A DNA stretch of 64,000 nt, from the NCBI GenBank assembly GCA_977862235.1, contig OZ374566.1, positions 434,001 through 498,000 on the forward strand, read 5' to 3'. The stretch comes from Dudresnaya verticillata. Taxonomy: Eukaryota. Under the pieces are notes generated by a model. It searched no databases. It was not told the origin of the DNA and saw nothing but the letters and a program-made list of their open reading frames with translations. Positions 33,075 to 44,341 of this stretch are shown piece by piece. A program made the position numbers and the translations under genes. Positions within the stretch are counted from its first letter, which is position 1. The number at the start of each line of letters is the position of its first letter.

Positions 33075-33344
33075 ATGCCCTCCTTCGCCGCCGTGGTCGC
33101 GTTTGCCACGCTGCTGCTGCTGCTCGCGTGCGACACCGCCGCCGCCCCCACCGCGTACACCATGCGCTACGGAAAGCACGACCTGCGCCCCACCGCGCAG
33201 CAGCCGCGCCCGCCCCGTCGCCGCCGCAAGCTCAGCCCCGGCGCCCCCGACCCCGCCCAGTTGGCGCGCCTCGTGCGCGAGCGCGCAAGGCGTGTCAAGA
33301 AGTTGCGTACCGTCCGCGTGAAGCGTGACCGTCGTACCGTATAG
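33075..33344 (+). CDS. Small secreted, highly cationic peptide (89 aa)
   Basis: gccgccATG start with an upstream TATA-like box. Signal peptide MPSFAAVVAFATLLLLLACDTAAA, Arg/Lys-rich mature part and strongly C/G-ending codons. Confidence 0.68.
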   Translation: MPSFAAVVAFATLLLLLACDTAAAPTAYTMRYGKHDLRPTAQQPRPPRRRRKLSPGAPDPAQLARLVRERARRVKKLRTVRVKRDRRTV

Positions 33345-33868
33345 CCCTTCGGCGTCGTGGTTTGTCTGTTTGGGTGCAGTTCGTCCCCGTTGTATAGTAG
33401 ATGCTTTGGTGTAGTCATGCTAACTAGATCTGTCGCTCGAAGCGCATGTAAGAGTAAATTATCGTCTATCGGCCTCGCGATGCGCGTGTTGTTGAGGTGC
33501 TAATCGAAATGAATCGAAAACGACCTCTTCAGTCGAACTTACCCTTCGCGGAGCGAAAAGCTCTTCTTGCGATTTCTCTCATTCAAGCGAAACATTCGTC
33601 CAAATGAACATGCGTGCTTTCATTTCGCTTCGGAGCTTTCCGTTTCGCTGCAGCAGTGAACAGAGAAAAAGCCTGCTTTGCAGTCACACCCTTCTCGGAC
33701 GAGTGCGTTCATCACAAGCCCGCGCGCCACCCGATTCATTCTTCATCTCTCTTGTCGGATCTGCCACGCCTACAAGGAAACACCAAGGCAAGTCGTGTGC
33801 ATAGGTGGCAACGTTCCATCAAATTTTGTTTCTTGTGCTTTCCACTCTAGGATTCTTATCATCCCACC

Positions 33869-35302
33869 ATGGCACTGGTACGTCCAGCCCGCTTTTTGTT
33901 TTCATCTCGCTTGTGAAGCTCTTCCTGAATCAAACTCTGTTGCCAATACAACTAACCGACCTACCGAACCCCATGGCTTTCTTCACAATGTCTCAAACAA
34001 AAGAAAATGCGGAGTTCCGCTTCTAAGACTGCATCCATCACCCCGACTATGAGCACGACGCTGGTCAAGAACCTCTTTCGAGCTGCATACGCTTCTGTTG
34101 CTTTTCTTCGTAACTTCTTCGATGATGATGTATGTGTATTGTTCACTCCCTTCCTTTATTTAGCCATTCACACTTGATTGTTCGAAGTGCCTTCCTTAGA
34201 TACACTGACATTTTAAGAACTATCGCAACTCCTTTAAACGACGTAGTGCTTTCAGCCGAGTATGATCGGGTCAACGAGGTATCATAAGATCGTGGCCCCA
34301 AAGTCTGAGGAAATGAAGACCTTTATCGACTGGTTTGAGAAAGGCGTCTTCGATGCTCTGCAGCACAAGTACCTGGAAGTCGTTCTGATCCAAGTGTTTC
34401 AGCGCAACCCGAAAACAGCAAAGAAAGGCATCAAGGCTCCCAACCCGCAGCCGGACGACCTGTTGGAATGCTTCTCGTTTTCCGTGTCTTACACCAAGGA
34501 GGGTGAGCCCCAACTCAGCTTGGCCGGGTCTGATGGCGCTACCAGCAACCCACAGGACACGAAGGAGGCAGTCAAAAAGAACGCTAGCGAGGTTCTGCGC
34601 TCGCTCGTTGATATGACCAGCACGCTACGACCGCTACCGGCTCGTCGCATACTGAGTATGAAGGTAAGCATAGGTCACAATAACGCCAAAACAGGGTGTA
34701 TCACGTGTTTCCAATCATTGGCATGCTTCTAACTATATGACCGGTGTTTTCCCATTACGCAGCTTTTGTACACGCCAGAAACGCCCATAGACTACGAACC
34801 TCCCCTCTTCAAAAAGGCAACAGATGATGAGAGGTTCTGGTTCAGCGACGAGCCAATCCGGCAAAACGCGGGCAAGCTCAAGACGCCGTACCACCAAATG
34901 AGCATGACGATTCGGGTGAAGGCGACGAAGGAAAACAAAACCGCTCGTGTGCTGCGGCACAAGGCTGATGACGAAATGGACGTTGACACTGACAATGCCG
35001 AGGACGAACCGGTAGACGTTGGCGGGTCGCAGGGCAACTCCGGACGCGTGGGCAGCCAGCGTCTACCGCTGCGCGAATCGCAGCACGTCGAGCAGGGCAC
35101 CGACCCTGGCTTGGTTTCTGCCAAGCTGCGCTTGCGGAAAAGCGAGAGCACGCCAGTGAAACGTGACACGCCGCTGAAAGCTGAGCGCCGGTCCGGGAGG
35201 AAGCGAGGTGCACAAAGCGTGCGTACCGGCTCGCCCGAATCGCGTTGGACGGGGAATCGTAGGAGGAAGCTCTCGAGCACCAAAAAGTCCGTGGAGCAGT
35301 AG
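33869..35302 (+). CDS. HOP1: Meiotic HORMA-domain protein (Hop1/ASY1/HORMAD family); 4 exons, 363 aa
   Basis: Exons 33869-33877, 34004-34129, 34247-34663, 34763-35302 (all phase-0 GT-AG introns). Spliced product has LVKNLFRAAYASVAFLRNFFDDDCF, IDWFEKGVFDALQHKYL, LLECFSFSVSY and TLRPLP.RRILSMKLLYTPETPIDYEPPLF. Exon 1 is the least certain; ATG 34007 is the alternative start. Confidence 0.9.
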
Positions 35303-37213
35303 CAGACATTGATAGCGATTACATCTTGCGGAGTATGTCCCAACGCGCTCTTGCGCTTGCAGGCGAGGCGGCTTTGTGCAGATATCTTAAAGGGACAGTG
35401 AATCCGATTCCTGAAACCGTGCGCGTGGATGTGTGTGGCGAATAGCGGGCACAAGCCTGCTGAAGTACGTTTGATAGGGGCGACTCCGCTTCGTCCATCT
35501 TTGCGATGTCCTGATGCGCGTCCTCCTGTCGACGAGTGTATTACTCAAATCAACAACAATCCAAGCTTCCTTCAAGAAACTCCCATTGCATAAAATGCTG
35601 ATATGACCACGTCGAACAGGGAAAAGGGTCTCATGTTGGTGCTGAGAACATCTTCAGAACCGATGCAGAAAGTCTGACCTTGAAAACTTCCACAGCCCGC
35701 GTGTTGCCAAACTCGAGCAGTTGAAAGAGAAGTTCGACAATTTCATCTTGGATACGCCGCGGAAGTAGTGCACTTGCAGCAAATAGCTTAAAGGTGCAGT
35801 TAGAACGCCTTACAGACTTTCTCGCCAGTGGTGAAGACTAGCATTCACTTGAAAGGGTATCCCTCCCTTTCCGAAGGGCACGTATCTACAGCATAGACCT
35901 GCTGCCGGAGGGAAGCTGATACGTTCAGAAGGCTTGCTGCTCCGACCCCAGCATTCGGGGTCGGCGCGTCGAAACGAGCATGGCAGGATGCAAAAAAGAA
36001 GGCACGAAAAGAAAAGGCATTCAGAGATTTCTTGCATGCGGTTCTTTTATGTAATGCTATCACCGGATTTGAATGCGAATTCGAACGACCCAAAAAACTT
36101 TTGAAATTAAAGTTTCCAAAGCCCTCCTCTCTCCCGCGTGCCCCGAGCGGTCCGACCATTGGAACCGGAACGGCGTCGGGGCGTCGACGAGACTCAGCAG
36201 GAGGAATATTGGCTGTTGCAAAACGATTGGGGCATCAGAATCGTCCCAGATTCCTTAGCCCACTCACCATGATCCAAGTGTGGCGCATCTGTTGAAACCT
36301 GCAAAAAAATGCATAGGTAAAGAAGTCCAACAACTGTCGAGGAAGTGGTGACATTCGCCTCTCGCGGTCGCATGTGCATATTTGGACATCATCCATGCAG
36401 CCAGAGGCTTGTCCTGATTCCCGACGGCGCTACTCGCTATTATTTCCAAAATTTTTGCAGGCGCTGGACAATATCCGCCTTCCTCGCGGCATGTTCCCTT
36501 TGCTTCTGGCGCGTGTCCAATGCAATGCGAGTCACGTCTTTGTCGTCGCGAGAAGACGAAGAGGTCTCATTGTCTGCTTTGTTGCATTGTGCCTTAAAGG
36601 CGTTTTTGCGAATGGACAACTCTGCCTGCGGTGTCGGTCCTGCCGAATAGTATTGAATGTGACTCGCTAGCGCTAAAACCTAAACCCGCTCTAAAGCGCA
36701 CCCGGCATTTTGAGCATTCTCCTGCCTGAAGGAGAGTGTAGAGCCGTCCCGCATGCTAGCAAACCCTCACCTGCACCTGCTCTATCGTTAGCACTTCCCG
36801 TGGATGCATAGCGGCATCTGGAATGATTTAAGATGGGCAGCATCCGCAATGTTCTCGTTTTCCAGCAAGGCAGTTTAAAAGTTGTGAGTTGAGCAGTCAC
36901 AGGCATTGCTTCGTAACGCGTTGCTCATCAAGAAACTTCAGGTAGAATAGTAAGTGGTACATAGCCGGGCGTGTTGCCCTTTTCCGCATCAGTGCAATCG
37001 CTGTCGCAGAAACGGCAATCAAAAATGCTTTTGTGAGCTGGTGCTCGGTATCGAGAAGAAAACAACAAAGTACAAAACACAAGAGGAGGATATGGGCTCT
37101 ACAACAAAAAGAAAAGAACGAAGCGCTAGGCCGATACCACATCACGTAGTAGACCGGAAAAGCAAAACAGCCGCAGCCCGGGGTTGCTACTGAGCTGTTT
37201 CACACACTCGTGA

Positions 37214-38008
37214 TTATCGGAACGGGTCCTCAATATCTTCCATCTCGAATAGGGTACGTAGCGCTTCGATGTGAGGGCGCGTCGCGTGAAGGAAATCCTT
37301 CATGCCAATAAGGCTGACGCGGTGATCCTCATCCGAAGCGGTGTCATGTTTTGTCAGGTTAGCAATGAACTTTTCTCTAGGCGGCACAAGCGAAAGAGCC
37401 TTCTCAAAGACGACTCTCGTCAGATGTGGGTGTCTCAGGGCGAGCGTGGAGCGGTAGGCCCTCGTGCAAGCCTCCTTGAGCTCCATGCTTGTATCCTCGA
37501 CGAGATGCTCTACAAGCTGGTCAACAAACTGCAATATTCTATGGGACCATAGAAGCGACTCGATGCCGGACGGGGCCCAAAACCTCGGCGGAGACTTCAG
37601 TTCCTTGTGAACAAGTTCATTGAGCGAGTCGGCGCGCAAGCGGCGCGCGGAGTTACGCAGTCCGTTGGTCTTCCAGCGAAAGTCCTTTCGCACAATATCA
37701 GTAATGACGGTGGAGCCGAGTGCATCAAAGATCTTGAGAAAGCCGGAGATGGCGGCGTTGAACTTGTCGATGCTAATGCCTCCCTTCTGGAATGCCCATT
37801 TCTTTTCCTCGCTTTCCTCAAAGGCCTCGCGGAACGGCTTGTTGATCTCGCTGAACGGGGTCTGTACCGACTCCAACGGCAGGCCATTGGCAACTGGGCT
37901 CTTATTTTCCGAAGCCGCGGCCGGACCCTCCGCTGCCGCTGCTGCCGCCGCGGTGGTGGTGGTGGTGGTGGTGGTGGTAGTGGTGACGGTGGTCGACGTG
38001 CCGGTCAT
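37214..38008 (-). CDS. Glycolipid transfer protein (GLTP/ACD11/HET-C family)
   Basis: FLKIFDALGS..IVRKDF, SGIESLLWSHRILQF, ACTRAYRSTLALRH and ALSLVPPREKF. ATG 38008 is followed by a poly-Thr/poly-Ala tract. Confidence 0.85.
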   Translation of the reverse strand: MTGTSTTVTTTTTTTTTTTAAAAAAAEGPAAASENKSPVANGLPLESVQTPFSEINKPFREAFEESEEKKWAFQKGGISIDKFNAAISGFLKIFDALGSTVITDIVRKDFRWKTNGLRNSARRLRADSLNELVHKELKSPPRFWAPSGIESLLWSHRILQFVDQLVEHLVEDTSMELKEACTRAYRSTLALRHPHLTRVVFEKALSLVPPREKFIANLTKHDTASDEDHRVSLIGMKDFLHATRPHIEALRTLFEMEDIEDPFR

Positions 38009-40106
38009 GGTGAGGGTGGGGTGCGGAGGAAGCGAGGACTGCCAGCACAGGCGCGGCGGAGGCAACAGACGAGGGTCGCGGCGGGCGGCGTGAAAACCTA
38101 CGGCTAGTAAGACTAGCGTTGGACGGACCGTTGCAAGTCGACGCAGCGCGTCGGGGCGCGGGGCGGCGGCTCGACGGGCGTGCTGCGACGGGGGGGTGGC
38201 GTGCCGTTGGGCGGCGGGGGGGTGGTGCGGAGTGCGGGGGCGTGTCGGCGCGACAGAAGGGGCCGGTGCGGATGAGCACGCGCGGGCGGGGCGGGGCAGG
38301 GGAATGGCGGCGTGGCGCTATTTGACAAGCCGCACTCGCTGCGACGCCAGCGCGGCTGGTGAGCATGCGCGCGCGGCCGCTCCGGCCTGCACGAACGGGT
38401 GTGCGCATAGCGACCGATTCGCTGCAGGCCAATGGATGGTGCGGTGCGCGGGGCATGTCTTTCCGTTGTGCGCGATTTTATCGAAAATTTCAGCTATTGC
38501 CTCTCCGCAGCCGAGCACAAAGGCGTTATGCCCCGAACGCGGCGTGGTGCCCCGAAGAACGCTTTTAATTTGAGAAGGCGGCGGAACCAGCCCAATTGGT
38601 GGCTTACAAGTGTGCCCCACGCGGCTAACGGATGCAACAGCGGCCCGTGGGGCTGCTGTGGGAGCGCCTGCGGCGCAGTTTGTGCGTTTTGGCGTGCCGC
38701 GTTGCTGCGGCATTACAGCGCGTTGGCTGACGGTGGATTCGACCTTGCGACGGCATTTTCATCTGGACAGGAGCAGAACAACTTTTTGCTGCTGCGCGTG
38801 GAGATGCAAACAGCGCCCAGTGGCCGGCGAGCACTTGGTAACTTCCCCATTCCAGACATCCCCCACGGTCCACTCCAACCTTCGGGGTGCTCCGGCGTGC
38901 TCCGTTGCAGAGACGTGTCTCGCTTACGTCGCGAGCCTTTGCAGCGCATCGCAACTTGCTTACGGAAATGTTCGAGATTGCTGCCCGCTGTGAAAAGGCC
39001 GGCCGGGTGAGTCAGGCCTTGCCTGGCCTGTTCTCGGCAAGTTCTATCGCGTTGACATGTTTCCTCTGCTGCTGCTGAATGTTGTGCCCGTTGTTAAAAT
39101 GGCTTCTTAGAACTGCAGTGAGCAATGGCGAGGTACTAGTCCCAAGCACAGGAACGTGAAGGTGTAGGACTCTCTCCACAGGCTACTTAGGGTCACCTTT
39201 GTATAAAAGCGCTGCATGTTAATATTCCTGACCGGGCTTACAGTGAACTTCCTTAACTCTGACCCTGCCAGCAATGCATCATCACCAAAGACATCGTCAG
39301 AAAGGCCTTCTTCCTTGAGAAGGGCCGGTGCTACTCCCACAGCTCGGGGTTCATCTTGCAAAGAAGCGTGGGCGTGGGGCCTACCTTATGATACCATGTT
39401 GCAAGCTAGCATATCTGCTTCTTCCACGCAGCTACAGCTGTTTGCAACGCCTCTGCGCTGCCAACTGAAAAAAGCTAGGTGAGTCTGCACGCAGCTCGTT
39501 GTCCTCGGTCCCATAAACGTTGCTCCTGCGTGGGCAACCCCTGCCCCGACCACGACCGTACACCCACCCAGTCTCCACGTCATTCTGCACTCTATCCGAT
39601 CTCCACGAGGCTCCACATCACCCCCATTGCACTCCAACGCGCGCCTCACCCAGAGCGTCGCTTGATTCCTGTCCAAAAGTCCCAGCCTTTCATTTTGCTT
39701 CCACTCACCGACAGCCTGCATTCTACCGTCGCCAAGTTTGCGAGAAACGCATGTGTCGCCATAGCGACGCGCCCGCAGCCGCATTTCACAGAGCACGAGA
39801 GCACCGTTCATAGCTCATTAGAACTTCCGTGGCTTTTGCGCTCATGCAGTGTTCCCATGTGCAGATGCGCGTGGCATCTCGCTTCCCGAGCTGCAATTTC
39901 GCCCACATTGCAGAACCAGCACCCGTTTACAAACTAGACACTTAACAAGGGTATCACCTTGTGCGGCTATATCCTCAGCCGTGCTCCACGCGGAACTCTG
40001 GTAGCTTGTACGGCTCAGAACATTGGGACTGCATCGAAATCGCTCTGCACACCCTGAAACGCCACTACAGACGCCCAAAAATCTCATCAGCATCCGCCGC
40101 CATGTC

Positions 40107-41534
40107 TCATAAACCTCCCAGCGATTTCGGGAAGAATGTCGCTGATGATGCCTCGATGATCTTCCCGCCGCTGTCCTGCGAGTGTGCATCACCTGTAGCA
40201 GAGGTGGCCTCGCTGCTAGCGCCGTCGTCGTCTGCGTGCTCTTCAAGCCCTTCCTTTCGCATCTTGCGATCGTTCCTCTGAATATTCTCCAGCTTCTCTT
40301 TCAGCTTTTGCGCTTCATCTATCAGCACTGCCTTACGTCCCTCATCCTCCTCGTCCAGCGCCTTCTGTAGAGTGATCACATCTTCGCGATACCGACAGTC
40401 ACTTGCGAGTGCGGAGCTCAAAGGCAGTGGCATTGGCGCTTCCTTTGGCGTGTGGCGGATGTCCCACAGCCGCTCGCCACCGACATCAAGGTAACCCAGG
40501 AAGGTTCCGTGTCCGTAAGCGAGGATTTCGCGTTCAGGGACCACATCTGCAGTGTTCGCGTTACTGCGGATCTGTAAACTTGTTGTGACAGACGCCGTCA
40601 CCTCTTCATCTGTACGTAATTCCACAGCAGTGTATCCCCGTTCCTGTGCTGCTGCAAGCGCAGCACCAGGGTTGCCGAAGAAGGTATCTTCGCTACTCTT
40701 GAACGCTCCGGTGAAGACAACGCTTCCCTCTGTCGGTTCCGCACCTACCGGCAAACGGTATAGCACACCATCAACATAGTCTGATGGGACGCGCGCGCGA
40801 AAAGGTGACCAGCGGAACGGCTGCGGCGGGTCGAGTAGAAAGTCAAAAACGAGCCCATGTGTCTCGTAAAATACAGAGAATGGACCGATGTACTCGCACT
40901 TGCGTTCGGTTGCGAGTCCACGCATGAGCATTCGGGGAAGCGTGTACACGATGCGCGTGCCATCGCTGAATTCCACGACGTTTATGCCGATCCGCCGGGA
41001 ACTGAGACCGGTATCCAAGCCCCAGACAACCTTCCCGGAAATACCGCTAAACCCAGATAATAGGTAGTCACCCGACTCAGGACGAATGTTGTAGTGCGTG
41101 ACCGGAGGGTGGTGACTGGTCTGCTCCAGAAAGCATGGCGTACCATCAGCGAGTGTGGCCTGGTACGTGCTGCCTAGGATTGGGTTGAAAGGCTTGCCAA
41201 GCGTGTCAATGCAGTGAAGCCCAGAGAGCACGAAGGCCGCGATAAGTTTTACACGGCGGATCGGGTCGGTCGTCTGTGCAGCTGCTGTTAGGTAATGTGG
41301 TGCGTATGCCCAGTCATCGGTGAGACGCTCCAACAAACTCCTTGGCTCATTCAGATGCACTGGCATCGACATGCCCGAGAAATTAACATTACCAGAAAGC
41401 ACTTGCCCTCCTACACGATGAAGCACATACTGCAGGCTGCGGCGCAACATCTCACCTTCCTTGGGGTCGTCGAAGAGGAGCCCGCCAAGAGGCGAGGCAT
41501 CCTCGACACGGAAATCATCATTTTCCGCCGCCAT
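40107..41534 (-). CDS. Oxysterol-binding protein-related protein (short, ORD-only ORP)
   Basis: SMPVHLNEPRSLLERL, KPFNPILG, signature EQTSHHPP, SDCRYRED and KEKLENIQRNDRK. Confidence 0.94.
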   Translation of the reverse strand: MAAENDDFRVEDASPLGGLLFDDPKEGEMLRRSLQYVLHRVGGQVLSGNVNFSGMSMPVHLNEPRSLLERLTDDWAYAPHYLTAAAQTTDPIRRVKLIAAFVLSGLHCIDTLGKPFNPILGSTYQATLADGTPCFLEQTSHHPPVTHYNIRPESGDYLLSGFSGISGKVVWGLDTGLSSRRIGINVVEFSDGTRIVYTLPRMLMRGLATERKCEYIGPFSVFYETHGLVFDFLLDPPQPFRWSPFRARVPSDYVDGVLYRLPVGAEPTEGSVVFTGAFKSSEDTFFGNPGAALAAAQERGYTAVELRTDEEVTASVTTSLQIRSNANTADVVPEREILAYGHGTFLGYLDVGGERLWDIRHTPKEAPMPLPLSSALASDCRYREDVITLQKALDEEDEGRKAVLIDEAQKLKEKLENIQRNDRKMRKEGLEEHADDDGASSEATSATGDAHSQDSGGKIIEASSATFFPKSLGGL

Positions 41535-42039
41535 TGGAGCACCAAGGCGGCTTTCCAGGAGGGCTGTCAGTGGCTTGCGGCGGGAGTGCTTGACGTAGCT
41601 GAAAGGTGCGCTCTGGAATGCTACCGAGGCAGTTTGTGCATAGGGAGCCGCCTTCGTGAATTTGACGACGCCTTCTCGCTCGGCAACCGAGGGCAGCTAA
41701 CACGCACCCAGTACACAGCAGGTACTCATCGCGCGGCGCTGGGCCGGGGTCGGTCACGTGGGACAGACCAGGCGCTTGGTACAGAAGAAGCTGTGTGCGG
41801 GCCGCGCGCTGCAGGGCCGGACCGGACACCGACCCCGTCCCTGTGAGATATCATCTGAACGAACAAAAAGCTTGAATCGAAAGAAAGCAAGTTTTGGAAA
41901 ATGACTTGGGCTGCACGGCACCAATAAGGATTGTCCGCAAGGATCAATACAGGCTGCCAAGCCGACAGCTCGCTCCGACGAGTCCGCTTCTCCCCGATCT
42001 CTATCCGTTTCCAGGTTTTTCGCCCGTGTAAGGTTATCG

Positions 42040-42062
42040 CCCCCCCCCCCCCCCCCCCCCCC
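42040..42062 (+). repeat. C23 homopolymer
   Basis: Ends 20 nt before the IF-2 ATG, in the ORP/IF-2 divergent spacer. Confidence 0.9.
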
Positions 42063-42082
42063 GCACATGCTCGCCATCTGCA

Positions 42083-44227
42083 ATGAGCGTCGCACTGCAG
42101 CTATTGCGGCTATCGCGACTGCACCGTAACGCGCAATTGCGCACCCTTGCAGTGCCCGTGCGGACCCGGAGCACACCAAAGGGGAGCGGCACGAAAGCGC
42201 CTCGACGAGGTCAGACGCTCGGTGGCGGTAATGAGCGTGTCCGCACGTCGCGAGGACGCAAGTCGGTCTCTCGTTCTCGCCGCCCGGTCGAGAAACGTAA
42301 GCTTGTGCTGCCTGAGATCGGGCTCACACCGCGCCAGCTTGCGGCGCTGGCTGGTGTACCCGAGCCACACATCCTCCGCTGTGCGACGGAGCTCGATGAG
42401 GAACCTGTCCACCGTGACGCAGTGCTTCCGGCACCTGTAATCGAGCTCATCACGGATGAGCTTAGGCTACCCTTGCACTTTTTGCCCCAAACAAAGCCAC
42501 TGTCATCAACAAAGACCGATGTCGAGCAAGGCGTTCGGCGAATGCCTGTTGTAACCGTCATGGGTCATGTTGACCATGGGAAGACTTCGTTGCTGGATGC
42601 GCTAAGGGATGGTGATACTGCGAATAATGAAGTTGGGGGCATCACGCAAAGCGTTGCCGCATTTCAGGTTCCAATTCAAAACAGTGGGAAGGAGGGCGAC
42701 GTATTCGCTACCTTCATCGACACTCCAGGACACGCAGCGTTCAAGTCGATGCGCGCAAATGGTACTGTTGCGACTGATATTGTTGTGCTGGTTGTGGCAG
42801 CAGATGATGGTGTCATGCCGCAGTCGATAGAGTCTGCCAAGCTGGCCCGAGCGGCCGATGTCCCGTTGATCATTGCAGTGAACAAATGCGACGTACCTGG
42901 CGCGGACCCTGAGCGTGTGAGGTATCAGTTGCTTGAGAGGCTTGGAATCAATACGGAGCAGCTGGGTGGCAATGTCCAATGCGTGGACATATCTGCAAAG
43001 ACTCGTGCCAATCTACCATCACTTCTAGAAACTATTTCGTTACAGGCAGAGATGTTGGACCTGCATTCAGACCCCTCTGCGCGAGCAACTGGGGTATGTT
43101 TGGAGTCGAGGGTCGATCGCTCGCTAGGCTCGATTGCCACAGTCGTTGTCCGTTCTGGCACGCTCCGAACAGGCGATTTTGTAGTCTTCCAGTCGCCTAG
43201 AGCTCTGAGTGGTGACTTGTTTGGAAAGGTTAGAAGTCTCATTGACCAAAAGTCACAGCGATTGAAAGAAGCTGGTCCAGGAGTTGCGGTTGGTGTTGTT
43301 GGTGTTCGCGAACCCATCCCGCCCGGGGCAGATTTTTGTGTCGTAGAGAACGAACGGACGGCGCGGGCAAAGTCCCATGGGATCATTGGCAGAAATGTCG
43401 AAGCTATTGGAACTATAGAGCTTGCAAACTCTATTTCTAAGGATCGAGAGGAGAAGGAAGCAGCGGCGAAACAGGCCGCGGGAGATGCGTCAGAGGAATC
43501 AAGCGCTGGTGCAGAGCGTGATGTATCCGAAGAGATCTTGTTAGCAGCCGAGGGAGATGCCGTTGTTGTCCGTCCGATAGTTGTTGTCATCAAAGGTGAT
43601 GTGAAGGGTAGTACGGACGCTGTCTCACAGTTTGTACAGGCGTTGGGAACGCAGCAATGCCCGATAAGAATAGTCAGTGCCGGTGTTGGAGATGTCACTG
43701 AAATGGATGTCAAGATTGTTTCAGCCGCTAGAAAGGTGAAAGGAAACAAGGATGTACCAGTCATCATTGCTTTCAACGTACGCGTCAAAGACTCTGAAAA
43801 GAGGCTAGCGGCCCGTGGTGGTGTTCAGGTATTGTCGCACAACATTATTTACCATCTAGAAGATGATTTGAGGCAGAGACTTGACAAGATTCAGCAGCAA
43901 GAAACCATTGCGGAGGTCTCTTTGGGGAAGGCGGCCGTGGTACGTGTTTTTGAGAGCGGGAAGATTGCAGGCTGCTCGGTACAAGATGGGGCTTTGTCTG
44001 AAGGAGATATGGCGAAGGTGTGGAGAATGCCGGACGTGAGTTCGGGTAGCAGTCAGAGAGAGCTTATCTTTTCCGGAGCTGTCTCAAGTATAAAGCATTT
44101 TGCGAAATCGGTAAAATCGGCACAGAAGGGCATGGAGTGTGGAATAGGTTTGGAAGGGTGGTCAGGCTTTGAAGCTGGCGATATCTTGGAATGTGTTACA
44201 GCAAAGAGCCATGGACAGGATTCATAG
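42083..44227 (+). CDS. infB: Translation initiation factor IF-2, probably mitochondrial
   Basis: [56 protein letters not shown] and GMECGI. Arg-rich presequence. Confidence 0.96.
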   Translation: MSVALQLLRLSRLHRNAQLRTLAVPVRTRSTPKGSGTKAPRRGQTLGGGNERVRTSRGRKSVSRSRRPVEKRKLVLPEIGLTPRQLAALAGVPEPHILRCATELDEEPVHRDAVLPAPVIELITDELRLPLHFLPQTKPLSSTKTDVEQGVRRMPVVTVMGHVDHGKTSLLDALRDGDTANNEVGGITQSVAAFQVPIQNSGKEGDVFATFIDTPGHAAFKSMRANGTVATDIVVLVVAADDGVMPQSIESAKLARAADVPLIIAVNKCDVPGADPERVRYQLLERLGINTEQLGGNVQCVDISAKTRANLPSLLETISLQAEMLDLHSDPSARATGVCLESRVDRSLGSIATVVVRSGTLRTGDFVVFQSPRALSGDLFGKVRSLIDQKSQRLKEAGPGVAVGVVGVREPIPPGADFCVVENERTARAKSHGIIGRNVEAIGTIELANSISKDREEKEAAAKQAAGDASEESSAGAERDVSEEILLAAEGDAVVVRPIVVVIKGDVKGSTDAVSQFVQALGTQQCPIRIVSAGVGDVTEMDVKIVSAARKVKGNKDVPVIIAFNVRVKDSEKRLAARGGVQVLSHNIIYHLEDDLRQRLDKIQQQETIAEVSLGKAAVVRVFESGKIAGCSVQDGALSEGDMAKVWRMPDVSSGSSQRELIFSGAVSSIKHFAKSVKSAQKGMECGIGLEGWSGFEAGDILECVTAKSHGQDS

Positions 44228-44341
44228 CCATAGATGGTCACGAAGGGTACTGGGTATGGGAAGTCGACAAGTCTTCGTTTATAGGCAGAAGTCAGCCAAG
44301 ACAACTCCTTGGCAATCCAACCTGCAAGACTGGAACTGATG

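Noticed and set aside
35400..37200. Protein-like fragments on both strands between HORMAD and GLTP
   Set aside because: Short and interrupted by stops, with no consistent exon chain or family. Possibly decayed sequence, but unsupported.
38432..40100. ORFs of 60-190 aa between GLTP and ORP
   Set aside because: Mostly non-ATG starts with no motifs. Likely promoter/UTR sequence.
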